Assembly (NCBI RefSeq): GCF_001194135.2 | Contig: NC_068984.1 | Coordinates: forward strand, 46,131,706 to 46,195,705 | Reading direction: 5' to 3' | Source: Octopus bimaculoides | Taxonomy: Eukaryota | Length of the DNA: 64,000 nt | Shown: piece by piece, positions 1 through 11,549 of the stretch | Position numbering within the stretch: the first letter of the stretch is position 1 | Layout of the letters: the number at the start of each line of letters is the position of its first letter | The notes under the pieces: generated by a model | What the model was told of the DNA's origin: nothing | Database searches by the model: none | Seen by the model: the letters and a program-made list of their open reading frames with translations, nothing else | Program-made: the position numbers and the translations under genes

Positions 1-126
1 TCTAGTTAGCATATCAGATAAAGGTGTCAGTGCCAAGCAGAAAAGGAGTGGAGAGGGTGTGTTACCCTGGAACATTCCTCTTCTAATGGGGATCACTTTG
101 GTCTTCATGAGTTCCTCTTTCGTTAG
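1..126 (-). mobile_element. Non-LTR retrotransposon (R4/Dong-like) reverse transcriptase fragment, running off the window edge
   Basis: The minus strand translates without stops as LTKEELMKTKVIPIRRGMFQGNTPSPLLFCLALTPLSDMLTR. This matches the RT motif I.RG.FQG(D)S.SPLLF.L of non-LTR elements. The 5' junction lies 5 nt from an (AAT)n tract. Confidence 0.85.
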
Positions 127-131
127 GAGCA

Positions 132-340
132 ATTATTATTATTATTATTGTTCAGTAGTTTTATTTTTATAACATGCTTTCACTTCACTACCGAGCGCAG
201 CTCTGTGCGCCTTGGATATGTGCTGTCGTTTGCTGTGATGCTCTTATGGTTACTGTATTGAAAGTGTTTTGCGTAGGATGTGTGCAGTGCCCAGTAGTGC
301 AATTTTCTGTATGTTATATATATTTGTAAGTCCTGGTGTT
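132..340 (-). mobile_element. 5'-truncated R4/Dong-like LINE 3' end (ORF C-terminus, 3'UTR and (AAT)n tail)
   Basis: The minus strand reads TPGLTNIYNIQKIALLGTAHILRKTLSIQ*, the typical Q..ALLGTAHILRK.L terminus of RLE-type ORFs. A ~110-bp UTR follows and ends in AATAATAAT. A near-identical copy lies at 9270-9403. Confidence 0.85.
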
Positions 341-355
341 GTTACCATTATTGTT

Positions 356-570
356 AAGGCAGCGAGCAGGCAGAAACATTAGCAGGATGGATAAAATGCT
401 TAGCGGTATTACGCCCGTCGCTAAGTTCTGTTTTCAAATTTTGCCGAGGCCGACTTTACCTTTCACCCTTTCGGGAGTCGAAAAAATTAGTACCAATTGA
501 AGATTTGAGTGGATGCAATCGACTCATCCGCCTCCCCAAAAATCGCTACTCTTGTGGCAACATTTGAAAC
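356..570 (+). mobile_element. tRNA-derived SINE, family A (dominant family in the window), diverged copy
   Basis: Head AAGGCAGCGAG-CAGGCAGAA (A-box-like), B-box-like TTCAAATT, core GACTTTACCTTTCACCCTTTCGGG..GAAAAAATTAGTACC, and a tail running into (ATT)n. Similar to more than 15 other copies in the window. Confidence 0.8.
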
Positions 571-584
571 AATTATTATTATTA

Positions 585-616
<32 letters not shown>

Positions 617-655
617 GTTATTATTATTATTATTANNNNNNNNNNATTATTATTA

Positions 656-719
<64 letters not shown>

Positions 720-840
720 CCATCATCACCACCCTCATCATCATCATCATTATTATTAATATAATTATGATTATGATTAGCATCATCATTATTATTATTA
801 GTATTATTATTTTTTCTTTTGTTATTATTATTATTGTTGT
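571..840. repeat. Compound (ATT)n/(GAT)n/(CAT)n trinucleotide microsatellite with a 10-N gap
   Basis: Seen directly in the sequence. Confidence 0.95.
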
Positions 841-846
841 CAAATC

Positions 847-1058
847 GGCGAGCCGGGAGGATCATTTTCAGGCTGCACCAAATGTTTAGCGTTATTTCGC
901 CCGTTGCCATGTTCTGAGTTCAAATTCCGCCAAGGTCAACTTTGCCTTCCATCCTTACGGGGTCGATAAATTGAGTATCATTTGCGTACTGGGGATGATC
1001 TAATCGATTGACCCCCGTCCCCACAAAATTTCAGGTATTGTGCGTATAGTAGAAAAGA
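847..1058 (+). mobile_element. tRNA-derived SINE, family A
   Basis: GTTCTGAGTTCAAATTCCGCC B-box, core GGTCAACTTTGCCTTCCATCC..GGGGTCGATAAATT, tail GTAGAAAAGATTATTATT. Confidence 0.85.
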
Positions 1059-1086
1059 TTATTATTATTATTGTTGTTGCGTGTGT

Positions 1087-1127
<41 letters not shown>

Positions 1128-1367
1128 TGTTGGCGGTGAAGATATGATGAATATTATAATGTCAATGTTGTTTGTGTCGGCCTTGATAATGTTCATGAAG
1201 TTGATGATTACAAAATCTCATAGATTATCAGTTATCAATATCTGACACCTTTGATTTGAATAGGAAGAACAATGACAATGTTGAAGAAAAATAATGAATG
1301 TTCTAGTGATAACAACAGAACTAAAACTAACCATCAACGTCATTGACGTTGTTGTCATCATTATGAC

Positions 1368-1403
<36 letters not shown>

Positions 1404-1757
1404 AATCATCAGTAACATGCACATTATCATCTAAGTCTTCCCCAATTACTTTTTCTCCGCCACATCATTATCATTCACATCATCGCTATCAGCAACAAAT
1501 TCAACAAAGACATTTGAAAAGACGGACAGTCAATAGACGCAGAACAAAAACTCAAAGCATTATTAGGTGTGTGGTAGGACATCTATTTTACAGTCATTAA
1601 CAATGCTACGATAATAGCGTCATTAGCAAATGGGGTGAAAACAGCTGTTTCATATAAACTTGCAAATTTACATACACACATTCGGGCACACACACTCGCA
1701 CAAACATATACTTATGAATATATTCATACATATATATACATATGCATACATACACAC

Positions 1758-1801
<44 letters not shown>

Positions 1802-1841
1802 GTATATTTATATATATATATGTGTGTATATAAATGTATAT

Positions 1842-2800
1842 NNNNNNNNNNNNNNNNNNNNNNNNNNNNNNNNNNNNNNNNNNNNNNNNNNNNNNNNNNN
1901 NNNNNNNNNNNNNNNNNNNNNNNNNNNNNNNNNNNNNNNNNNNNNNNNNNNNNNNNNNNNNNNNNNNNNNNNNNNNNNNNNNNNNNNNNNNNNNNNNNNN
2001 NNNNNNNNNNNNNNNNNNNNNNNNNNNNNNNNNNNNNNNNNNNNNNNNNNNNNNNNNNNNNNNNNNNNNNNNNNNNNNNNNNNNNNNNNNNNNNNNNNNN
2101 NNNNNNNNNNNNNNNNNNNNNNNNNNNNNNNNNNNNNNNNNNNNNNNNNNNNNNNNNNNNNNNNNNNNNNNNNNNNNNNNNNNNNNNNNNNNNNNNNNNN
2201 NNNNNNNNNNNNNNNNNNNNNNNNNNNNNNNNNNNNNNNNNNNNNNNNNNNNNNNNNNNNNNNNNNNNNNNNNNNNNNNNNNNNNNNNNNNNNNNNNNNN
2301 NNNNNNNNNNNNNNNNNNNNNNNNNNNNNNNNNNNNNNNNNNNNNNNNNNNNNNNNNNNNNNNNNNNNNNNNNNNNNNNNNNNNNNNNNNNNNNNNNNNN
2401 NNNNNNNNNNNNNNNNNNNNNNNNNNNNNNNNNNNNNNNNNNNNNNNNNNNNNNNNNNNNNNNNNNNNNNNNNNNNNNNNNNNNNNNNNNNNNNNNNNNN
2501 NNNNNNNNNNNNNNNNNNNNNNNNNNNNNNNNNNNNNNNNNNNNNNNNNNNNNNNNNNNNNNNNNNNNNNNNNNNNNNNNNNNNNNNNNNNNNNNNNNNN
2601 NNNNNNNNNNNNNNNNNNNNNNNNNNNNNNNNNNNNNNNNNNNNNNNNNNNNNNNNNNNNNNNNNNNNNNNNNNNNNNNNNNNNNNNNNNNNNNNNNNNN
2701 NNNNNNNNNNNNNNNNNNNNNNNNNNNNNNNNNNNNNNNNNNNNNNNNNNNNNNNNNNNNNNNNNNNNNNNNNNNNNNNNNNNNNNNNNNNNNNNNNNNT
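1842..2800. other. Assembly gap (959 N) flanked by TA/CA microsatellite
   Basis: N-run. Other gaps lie at about 8700-9220, 29993-30134, 33821-34422, 42687-42792, 45268-45394, 53002-53246, 55082-55257, plus several short ones. Confidence 1.
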
Positions 2801-3989
2801 ATATATATGTTCAAATAATTCCTTTATCATGTCGTTAAGAGTTTACATTTTGCAAAGACAGATGTTCCACTGATATTTCAAAGGGTTAAGTGAGACTACA
2901 AATGAACGTATTGAATTATTGTGTTTCGTTTTAATGTCATGGACATGCTTTCAATTTTGGCCACGTTTCTTTTTAATGATAATTACAGTTTTATGCACGT
3001 TAATTGCTTCTGGGAAATGTTAAATTCTCTACGCTGAAACTGTTATTTAACTTTCATCAAGCAAACGTTTGTTTTTGTTTTTTATCTTCTCGTTTCCCAT
3101 TTTGTTTACGTTTTTTTTAATTTCCTGTACCCATATATGCATGTATACATATATATGTAGGTATGTACATATATGTATGTATATGTGGATATATTTATAT
3201 ATTATTTATATTATTATATGATCGAATGCCACGCATCCATTTCCAAGTTTTATCTTAATAAATCCGATGCCCTTCACCGTTCCCTCCCTCTCTCTCACTC
3301 TTCCTCATTGATTCTTTCGTTGCTCACACGTGACCAACGGTTATCTATCTTGCTTTCTTCCACTTCCTTACTAAAGACAAGACGTGCTTTTGCATGTCTC
3401 TTCTCAAAGCTTGTTTTTCCAGCGTTCACTACTTCATCTCGTCCTGGCTTAACAGCCCTTACCGTTTGTTTTTATTGTTTTGTTCATACTGTAGTGTTTT
3501 TATTACCATTTAAACCCTCCGCAAAAATACCCAAATTTTATTTAATTTGCTTTGCAGAAAGTTTTAATGATGTCGCATCTTGTCCCTACCTTGGAGACGC
3601 GGAGTAGATAAAACAGGGTACAACTGATGAAGGAAATGTTATTTATGTCACCTGTCTCGTTTCTCTATTTGTTTATTTCGTTCTTCGAAAAAGAGTACAT
3701 TTTCTACGCTTGTGCGTGTGTGTGTATGTATGTGCGTGTAGATATGTATCTATATAGATATTTTGTATCTGTCTGCCAAAAATGCACAAAGTTGAGAATG
3801 GCATGGTGTCCATGAATTTCGGTATAAAATGTTTAGGAAAAATATCCTGTCCTGTAAATTGATTCAATTAACGCTGGGTGCCGGAAAAAAATATCTAGTT
3901 TCTGCCTTCTACGCACTGATTTTCAATCCAGTGTAGGTCAATTTTGCCGTCCATCATACTTAATTCAAAGTGATAAAAATAATAATAAT

Positions 3990-4201
3990 TATCCTTTCTA
4001 CTAATTGTACAAAGCCTGAAATTTTGGGGGAGCGGACTAGTCGATTATATCGACTCCAGTGTTAAACTGGTACTTAATATATCGACCGTGAAAGAATGAA
4101 AGACAAAGTCGACCTCGGTAGTATTTGAACTAATAAGGTAAAGACAGACGAAATGACGGACTTTGACCGGTGCGATAACGATTCTCCTAGTTCTCCGCCT
4201 T
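3990..4201 (-). mobile_element. tRNA-derived SINE, family A
   Basis: The reverse complement begins AAGGCGGAGAACTAGGAGAATCGTTA, contains GTTCAAATACTACCGAGGTCGACTTTG and ends GTAGAAAGGATAATTATT. Confidence 0.85.
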
Positions 4202-4224
4202 AAATAATGATAATAATAATAATA

Positions 4225-4282
<58 letters not shown>

Positions 4283-4340
4283 TAAAATTAATAATGATGA
4301 TGATGATAATGATGACAATAATAATAATAACAATAATAAT

Positions 4341-4439
4341 GGGGAGCATCGTAGCTGTAAGAGGACATCATAGTCTTGTGGGGGAGCATCATAGCCGTAG
4401 GGGAACATCATAGCATTGGGAGAGCATCATAGTCATGTG
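4341..4439 (+). repeat. Degenerate ~20-bp minisatellite (5 units, core GCATCATAG)
   Basis: Units: ggggagcatcgtagctgtaa / gaggacatcatagtcttgtg / ggggagcatcatagccgtag / gggaacatcatagcattgg / gagagcatcatagtcatgtg. Confidence 0.75.
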
Positions 4440-4751
4440 TTGAGAGGAATCCTTTTGTGTTTGGATAATTCACCTTTGCAAACATGGGTGTTCCGTTCAA
4501 CATCCTTAAACAACCTTTATTCAGGAACCTTTTGAGCGGGATGGGCTCCACCTGAAGAAAAAATTCTAACTGGGTGCCACCTGCTAGGTCATGCGCTGTT
4601 TATCTTAATATGAGATCACTATATCACGCACATATGGTTGTGATGCATGTGCCTGGTGTACCCTTATCAGACGGGTAGTCATGATGGGTATACTGGGCTT
4701 CGTATATTTTACCCCAGTGTCACTTTGATGGCATGAACTGCTCTCTCACTC

Positions 4752-4812
<61 letters not shown>
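4435..4812 (+). mobile_element. Non-LTR retrotransposon 3' end (probably R4/Dong-type) with long (AAT)n tail
   Basis: Starts with a HVLRGIL-like terminal motif, followed by a ~300-bp non-repetitive UTR ending CTCTCTCACTC-(AAT)n. It is bracketed by (AAT)n on both sides. The clade is inferred from the tail and target only. Confidence 0.55.
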
Positions 4813-4815
<3 letters not shown>

Positions 4816-5285
4816 TGTACTATCCTTTCTGTTATTAATTAGATAATTAGAGGCTTCGAGGAAAGCCTCTTCCAAAATTTCTGTATTCGAACTTATTCTA
4901 GAAATTAATAATATGGAGGGCTATATCCAATGTACTAGCAATTCATATGGGAGTGATGTGTTGGAATTGGTGACAGCTACGACAATAAGTAACAAATGAA
5001 AATTTGGAAGGTTATAAAAATGATTGAACGATAGGCTGTTTGTGACCTAGTTTATATATTATACATTATATGCGTGTCAGTATTTGTGTGACATATATCA
5101 CTATATTACTGTTTTACATGCGCAAACATATATATGCGTGTATATGAATATTTATGTTTATGTACGAATGGAAATACACACACACACATACACACTCATA
5201 CATTTATAAATGGAGAAGAGCAAATATTTCCATCTAAAGATTTATTTAGACAATTACTCTAAGCACTTTGATTTACAGCATTATT

Positions 5286-5748
5286 AAGGCGGCGAGTTGG
5301 AAGAAACGTTAGCACGCCGGGCGAAATGATTAGCGGTATTTCGTCTGTTTTTACGTTCTGAGTTCAAATACCACCGAGGTCGACTTTGCCTTTCATTCTT
5401 CCGGGGTCGATAAATTAAGTACCAGTTGTGTACTGGGGTCGATAGAATCTACTGGCCTCCTCCACCAAAATTTCGAGCCTTGTGCCTAGAGTAGAAAAAA
5501 ATCATTAGCACGCTGGATACAATGTTTCGTGGCATTTCTTCCGGCTTACGTTCTGAATTAAAATTCCGTCGAGATCGACATTGCCTTACATTCTTTGTAA
5601 TCGATAAAATAAGTACCAGTGAAGCATTGGGCGTAGTGAAGTCGGCACGCTCCCATCCTCACAAAAATACAGGCCTTGTGCCAAGATAAGAAAGGATTAA
5701 TAAAGGCGGCAAGCTGGCAGAATCATTAGCACCCCGGAGATAATGCCA
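5286..5748 (+). mobile_element. Head-to-tail array of three family-A SINE units (full, 5'-clipped, head only)
   Basis: Unit 1 spans 5286-~5500. Unit 2 (~5499-5697) starts at AATCATTAGCAC. Unit 3 (5702-5748) is AAAGGCGGCAAGCTGGCAGAATCATTAGCAC. Confidence 0.8.
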
Positions 5749-5774
5749 AGGGAAAGGCAAAATACCGATACAAC

Positions 5775-5852
5775 GTAACACCAGTGATATCACAACTCAT
5801 TTCTACAGTTGCGTGAACTGGAGCAACGTGAAATAAAGTGTCTTGCTCAATT
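5775..5852 (-). mobile_element. Central fragment of a CORE-like tRNA SINE
   Basis: The reverse complement TTGAGCAAGACACTTTATTTCACGTTGCTCCAGTTCACGCAACTG resembles the CORE-type domain and the copy at 63053-63160. Confidence 0.55.
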
Positions 5853-6740
5853 CATCCCGTTACACAATTAAGGATTATGGAGTGGCAACTGAAACCGGCT
5901 ACATATGAGAAGGCGAAGATAATTTCAAAAATTAACTATTTCGTAAATTGACTTGTTACTCAGCTAAAAGACAGGCGTAATGCTCGCAGATAGAAGGACC
6001 ATCGTGGACTGGTGTTTTTGTTTCAATAGCCGTCTAGTAGGTTTACTGCGGAACATTCTTTATTCTTGAGTTTATCTATCATTTTCATACTGATCTGCCA
6101 ATCGGAAATTTTACCATATCTAAAGGCAGAGATACTTTAACATATGAATTTAAATCGTATACTATTTGATTGGCTAAACTGGCAATATGACCATCCCCAA
6201 GTACAACAATATTTGTCTATGTTTTTCATATATATGCCACTGGGTACTGTGATGTTTTCTCTAAGCGGATTTTAGTTTAATTTATGCAAATTATCCATAC
6301 CATCAAAGCGTTCTACTCTTTTTGTATATACCTAAGCCCTTGGCTATATCGCGCTAATGACGCCTGTTGAGGCAGAAGGCTATGTTTTTACCTGTACTTT
6401 TCGTTAACTGCATGTCAAGTTTGGAGAATACTTGCATCTTGATATTATCTCCTCTTTTCATATAGAATTGGCCTCAGTTTCAGTTTGGGAATTGCAATAA
6501 ATCCTCTTGAGTTGGGTTTAATTTTAATAAATGAAAAAAAATCTGTTATATATGTTGTCTAACTTTTTCATATACATGTTACTGGCTGCTCTCAAAGTAG
6601 TCTTACTCTGTTCATTTTTGTTTAATTGTTGCTACTGACTTTAAACTTTCTCCAATGAATGACTTCATATGGGTATAAATGTGTGTTTGCATGTGTGCGT
6701 TTATGCTTATGTGTGTGTACGTGTGTACGTGTGTACGTGT

Positions 6741-6772
<32 letters not shown>

Positions 6773-7675
6773 CTGTTTACACATAAAATCTATTGGGCGA
6801 AATTTAATCTGCGATGCATGAAACCTCAGAGAATGCCATTCACGTTTCAGTGAGCAGGAATAAAAATATATCTACACATCGTTAGATTCAACACTGCTGC
6901 TTCGTGTTTCTACAGGTTTTGTCTACGTACGTTTGTATTCATTTAAATACATACACCAGCATACACGCGCATACATGTTAAATTATTGTAGTTAATTTAA
7001 ATCACATTTGAAAATATCAACGTAAAATTTATTTGTTGTTTATCCCAATACTATGAAAAGAGTTAAATCTATTGCAAATTTCGATTAGACTGAGGCTTTA
7101 GCTTTCATTAGAAGCTGTTTTGCACCAGAGTAGTTAATCAGACGAATAACTTAAAGTCCCAATGAACCCGAAGTGTACATCTTGTACAGACACACAGACA
7201 CAAAATATATACACGTACACTGAAGCCGACAATATACATACACAAACACAGACACACACACACATATCTGTGTCCATGTTTTCTAAGTTGTCTTGGAATA
7301 TGTATGCGAACGTTCTTTTTACTTCTATGTGTAAGACAGGAAGAAAATAAAGATTACCCTGGTGGCCAAATGCAGTGTAATGCTAAACTTTGAGAAGAAG
7401 CGAAACATTTTTTGTGTAGGAGTTAAAGAAATTAACGTAGACTTAACATAAGATAACATTAAGATCTATACAATTCTACGTTCATCTGTGATTTTACGAT
7501 TCATTAAACCTCATTGAAAGTTGGAAATTTGAATTGCAAGAGACATCATTGCTCTTGTCAATGAATGTATGAAGCATAAAGAAAGGACGTATAGAGACGG
7601 AAAACGTAAGAACGTGCGTATGCTTGCATAAATACATGTGACATTAGGTGTGTACAGACACACACACACAAACAC

Positions 7676-7716
<41 letters not shown>

Positions 7717-8112
7717 CACGCACACGCACACACACACACACAGATACACGCACATGCGCACATGCATTCATATGATTTGTGATTACTACTACCACAGTGA
7801 AATACTATGGAAACAATAAATCAACTTAATATGAGCGTGTAAAACTCTCGTCTTCCTCCACCCTCCTCCTCCTCCTCCTCCTCCTGCTATAATATCATTC
7901 TCTCCACGATAGTTTTAGTGTACTCGCGCATAGTGTTGGTGATGATTTTGCGGTTATTATTATTATTATTATTGTCCCCTCGTAATATCTCTATGTCTTC
8001 TTTATCCAGGTATCGTCACCACCATTATCATTACTCACCATACTATGCCCCCACAACCACAGTCACCATCATCGTCACCACCACCACCAGCACGACCACC
8101 GCCCCTCCCTCC

Positions 8113-8156
<44 letters not shown>

Positions 8157-8460
8157 CCGTCTTGTGGGGTTTTCTGAAATTCGAGGTGAAGAGGAAGGAG
8201 AATCATTTCAACTTGAATTAGATTGTGATTTGAAACTTCCATTCAAGCATTTGCCTCTGGGGATGTAACAGGAAAAATTTGCATTTACGTCGTTACCGGA
8301 ACGCTGCTGCTGCCGCCATCACCCCAATATCTAATTAGCTTTGACTACTACTACTGCTACTACTACTACTGCTACTACTACTGCTACTACTACTGCTGCT
8401 GCTGATGATGATGATCATGATGATGCATCATCGGATATTTTCTCCATCCAAACAGTAATA

Positions 8461-8673
8461 ATCTTTCTGACTTGAGGCATAAGGCCTGAAATTGTGAAAG
8501 GTGGGGAAATCCATTTAACTGACCCCTGTGTTCAACTGGTACTTAATTTTATCGGCATCGAATGGACTGGAAAACAAACTACGCAGAATTTGAACTCAGA
8601 ACGTAAAGCCAGAAGAAAGGCTCATAATTATTTTTCTTCTGATGCGTTAACATTTCTGCTAGATCGCCGCCTT
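8461..8673 (-). mobile_element. tRNA-derived SINE, family A
   Basis: The reverse complement begins AAGGCGGCGATCTAGCAGAAATGTTAACGC and contains GTTCTGAGTTCAAATTCTGCG, with tail AGAAAGATTATT. Confidence 0.8.
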
Positions 8674-9220
8674 GTCATAATAATGATGATGATGATAATN
8701 NNNNNNNNNNNNNNNNNNNNNNNNNNNNNNNNNNNNNNNNNNNNNNNNNNNNNNNNNNNNNNNNNNNNNNNNNNNNNNNNNNNNNNNNNNNNNNNNNNNN
8801 NNNNNNNNNNNNNNNNNNNNNNNNNNNNNNNNNNNNNNNNNNNNNNNNNNNNNNNNNNNNNNNNNNNNNNNNNNNNNNNNNNNNNNNNNNNNNNNNNNNN
8901 NNNNNNNNNNNNNNNNNNNNNNNNNNNNNNNNNNNNNNNNNNNNNNNNNNNNNNNNNNNNNNNNNNNNNNNNNNNNNNNNNNNNNNNNNNNNNNNNNNNN
9001 NNNNNNNNNNNNNNNNNNNNNNNNNNNNNNNNNNNNNNNNNNNNNNNNNNNNNNNNNNNNNNNNNNNNNNNNNNNNNNNNNNNNNNNNNNNNNNNNNNNN
9101 NNNNNNNNNNNNNNNNNNNNNNNNNNNNNNNNNNNNNNNNNNNNNNNNNNNNNNNNNNNNNNNNNNNNNNNNNNNNNNNNNNNNNNNNNNNNNNNNNNNN
9201 NNNNNNNNNNNNNNNNNNNN

Positions 9221-9269
<49 letters not shown>

Positions 9270-9271
<2 letters not shown>

Positions 9272-9403
9272 GCAAAACACTTTCAATACAGTAACCATAA
9301 GAGCATCACAACAAACCACAGCACATAGCCAAGGCACACAGAGCTGCGCTCGGTAGTGAAGTGAATGCACGTTATAAAAATAAAACTACTGAATAATAAT
9401 AAC
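9270..9403 (+). mobile_element. Short 5'-truncated R4/Dong-like LINE 3' end inserted in (TAA)n
   Basis: RKTLSIQ* plus UTR, about 95% identical (7 differences in ~130 nt by manual alignment) to the reverse complement of ~145-275. Flanked by (AAT)n. Confidence 0.85.
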
Positions 9404-9484
9404 GATGATGATGGTGATGATGATGATGATGACGATGATGATGATGATGATGATGATGTTGTTGTTGATGATGATGATGATATA

Positions 9485-9690
9485 TCTTTCAAATTTTGGT
9501 GCCAGTAATTTTGGGAAGTGGGGAAAGTTTGTTACATCGACCCCAGTGGTTCAATTGGTGCTTACTTTATCGACACCGAAAGATTGGAAGGTAAACTCAA
9601 TAGAATTTGCACTCAGAACGGGAATTCGGAACAAATTCCAGTAATCATTTTGTTCTGATGCGCTAATATTTCTGCTAGATCTCCTGCTAA
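9485..9690 (-). mobile_element. tRNA-derived SINE, family A, diverged
   Basis: The reverse complement carries GTTCTGAGTGCAAATTC and GGTGTCGATAAAGTAAGCACCAATTGAACCACTGGGGTCGATGTAA. Confidence 0.7.
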
Positions 9691-9751
9691 TCATAATAAT
9701 AATAATGATGATGATGCTGCTACTTATAATGATGATAATGATGATGTTGTC

Positions 9752-9787
<36 letters not shown>

Positions 9788-10626
9788 ATTACTGATGATG
9801 ATAATTGAACTCTTTCAAAATTATTAAGGGTCTTACAGTTACTACAAAGCAGCATCTCTGAAGAGAAAATAAAACGACGCCATTTACCAGTTGTACGTCT
9901 GAGCATGTCCTTACAGTCACACCACATGTGGTTGGAGCATGAATAAGAAACATTTTTCCTCGAGACATAAATAAAGTCTTTCAGACATTCTTCATTGAAT
10001 GGCTGCATAACAAATACACTAATAGCTATATTTTATCTGAATAGTTTAAAGTTTCTTAGGTGACCAAAAATAAAGCTGCGCCACAGTCAGACGTCGCGCC
10101 ATTACAATAACTGTTGGAGATGACATTACGGTAACACAAAGTCGCCATTAAAGACACGCATAAAATATATTTCACTATCTTATTCAAACATTTAATGTAT
10201 AGATATTGGTCCAATGAACCCGTATTCAATTTTTTTTAAAATAATTCTTTTTGCTGTTACCCTTACGTAGATTGCGTTCATTACCAGTTGTATAGTTGTC
10301 GTATGACGTCGTTGCTTAACCCTAGGTCGAAACTGCTTGAGTATATGTGATCAAAGATATTCCAGCCAATCTCATTTTACTTTTTATACTTAGACCTAGT
10401 TTATCCAAAATGTGTCATTTTTTTAAGGCAGTAAGGTGTGAAATAAGGATCATGTGACTATTATTCCTTATGACACCCTGGGACATCTCCTCCATTATTT
10501 ATTTTATCATTCCTCTGCAGAGACTGGTAGTTAAAATCAAATCTGGCGCTCTACTAATTCTGTTACTGCACAACCTAATAATACTAATATTAATAAGAAT
10601 TAATAATAATAATAATAATAATAATA

Positions 10627-10683
<57 letters not shown>

Positions 10684-10727
10684 NNNNNNNNNNTGATGAT
10701 GATGATGGTGGTGGTGGTGGTGGTGGC

Positions 10728-10760
<33 letters not shown>

Positions 10761-10819
10761 AATAATAATAATAATTATTATAATAATAACAACGATGGTT
10801 TCACACTTTAGCACAAGTA

Positions 10820-10985
10820 CAGCAAGTTACATGGACCTCAGTACTCAACTAGCATTTATCTTATGGATCCAGATAGGATGAAAGGCAAAGTCGACTTCGG
10901 TGGAATTCGAACTCATACCGTAAAGACGGACGAAACGTTGCAAAATATTTTATCCGGCGTGTTAAGGATTCTGCTTGCACACCAA
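10820..10985 (-). mobile_element. tRNA-derived SINE, family A (partial)
   Basis: On the plus strand GAAAGGCAAAGTCGACTTCGGTGGAATTCGAACTCATACCGTAAAGACGGACGAAA is the reverse complement of the B-box/core. Confidence 0.75.
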
Positions 10986-10994
10986 AATAATAAC

Positions 10995-11076
<82 letters not shown>

Positions 11077-11087
11077 TTAATAATAAT

Positions 11088-11535
11088 AAGTGTTTATCAA
11101 TTGACATGAGTATTCCCTGTGATCATAATATAGCGGCGAAAGAATTTGACAAGATCAGTAAATTATAAAGACTTGCTAATAGAAATTGAAAAAATGCGGC
11201 ACCTCAAGATGACTACCGTACCAGTGATTGTAGGATCTCTAGGAATGATAAAAAAAGGTACTGAAACCTATTTGAAAATAATACCAGGCTTACCATCCCT
11301 ACACGAAGTGCAAAAAATCGTGTTAACTGGAACAACTCATGTACTGAGATGAGCATTATCGCTGTGAAAACAACATCCATTCATGAAGTTTTCTTCTTTT
11401 TTTTTTAAATGCATATTTTACCTGTGAATTTGCGTGTGTAAACTGAGAATGCATACAACGAGTTTCTCTGCCCTAGGTGTACGGAAAACACTCGGCGAGA
11501 AATGGAAGAAAATTTGAAGAAAGAAGAAAAAAACA
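11088..11535 (+). mobile_element. R4/Dong-like LINE 3' fragment: restriction-like endonuclease domain plus UTR (pseudogenised)
   Basis: KCLSIDMSIPCDHNIAAKEFDKISK(fs)YKDLLIEIEKMRHLKMTTVPVIVGSLGMIKKG...VQKIVLTGTTHVLR*AL. It shows the D-x-x-IP...KE..K..KY.DL..EI RLE signature, one frameshift and one stop, and its 5' junction is on (AAT)n. Confidence 0.85.
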
Positions 11536-11549
11536 TTATAAAATTAAGA

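Noticed and set aside
9724-10008. Cys-rich minus-strand frame PFNEECLKDF...CSNHMWCDCK with AG/GT-like borders
   Set aside because: No recognisable domain, the internal splice signals would give a 28-nt intron, and the frame runs into a microsatellite.
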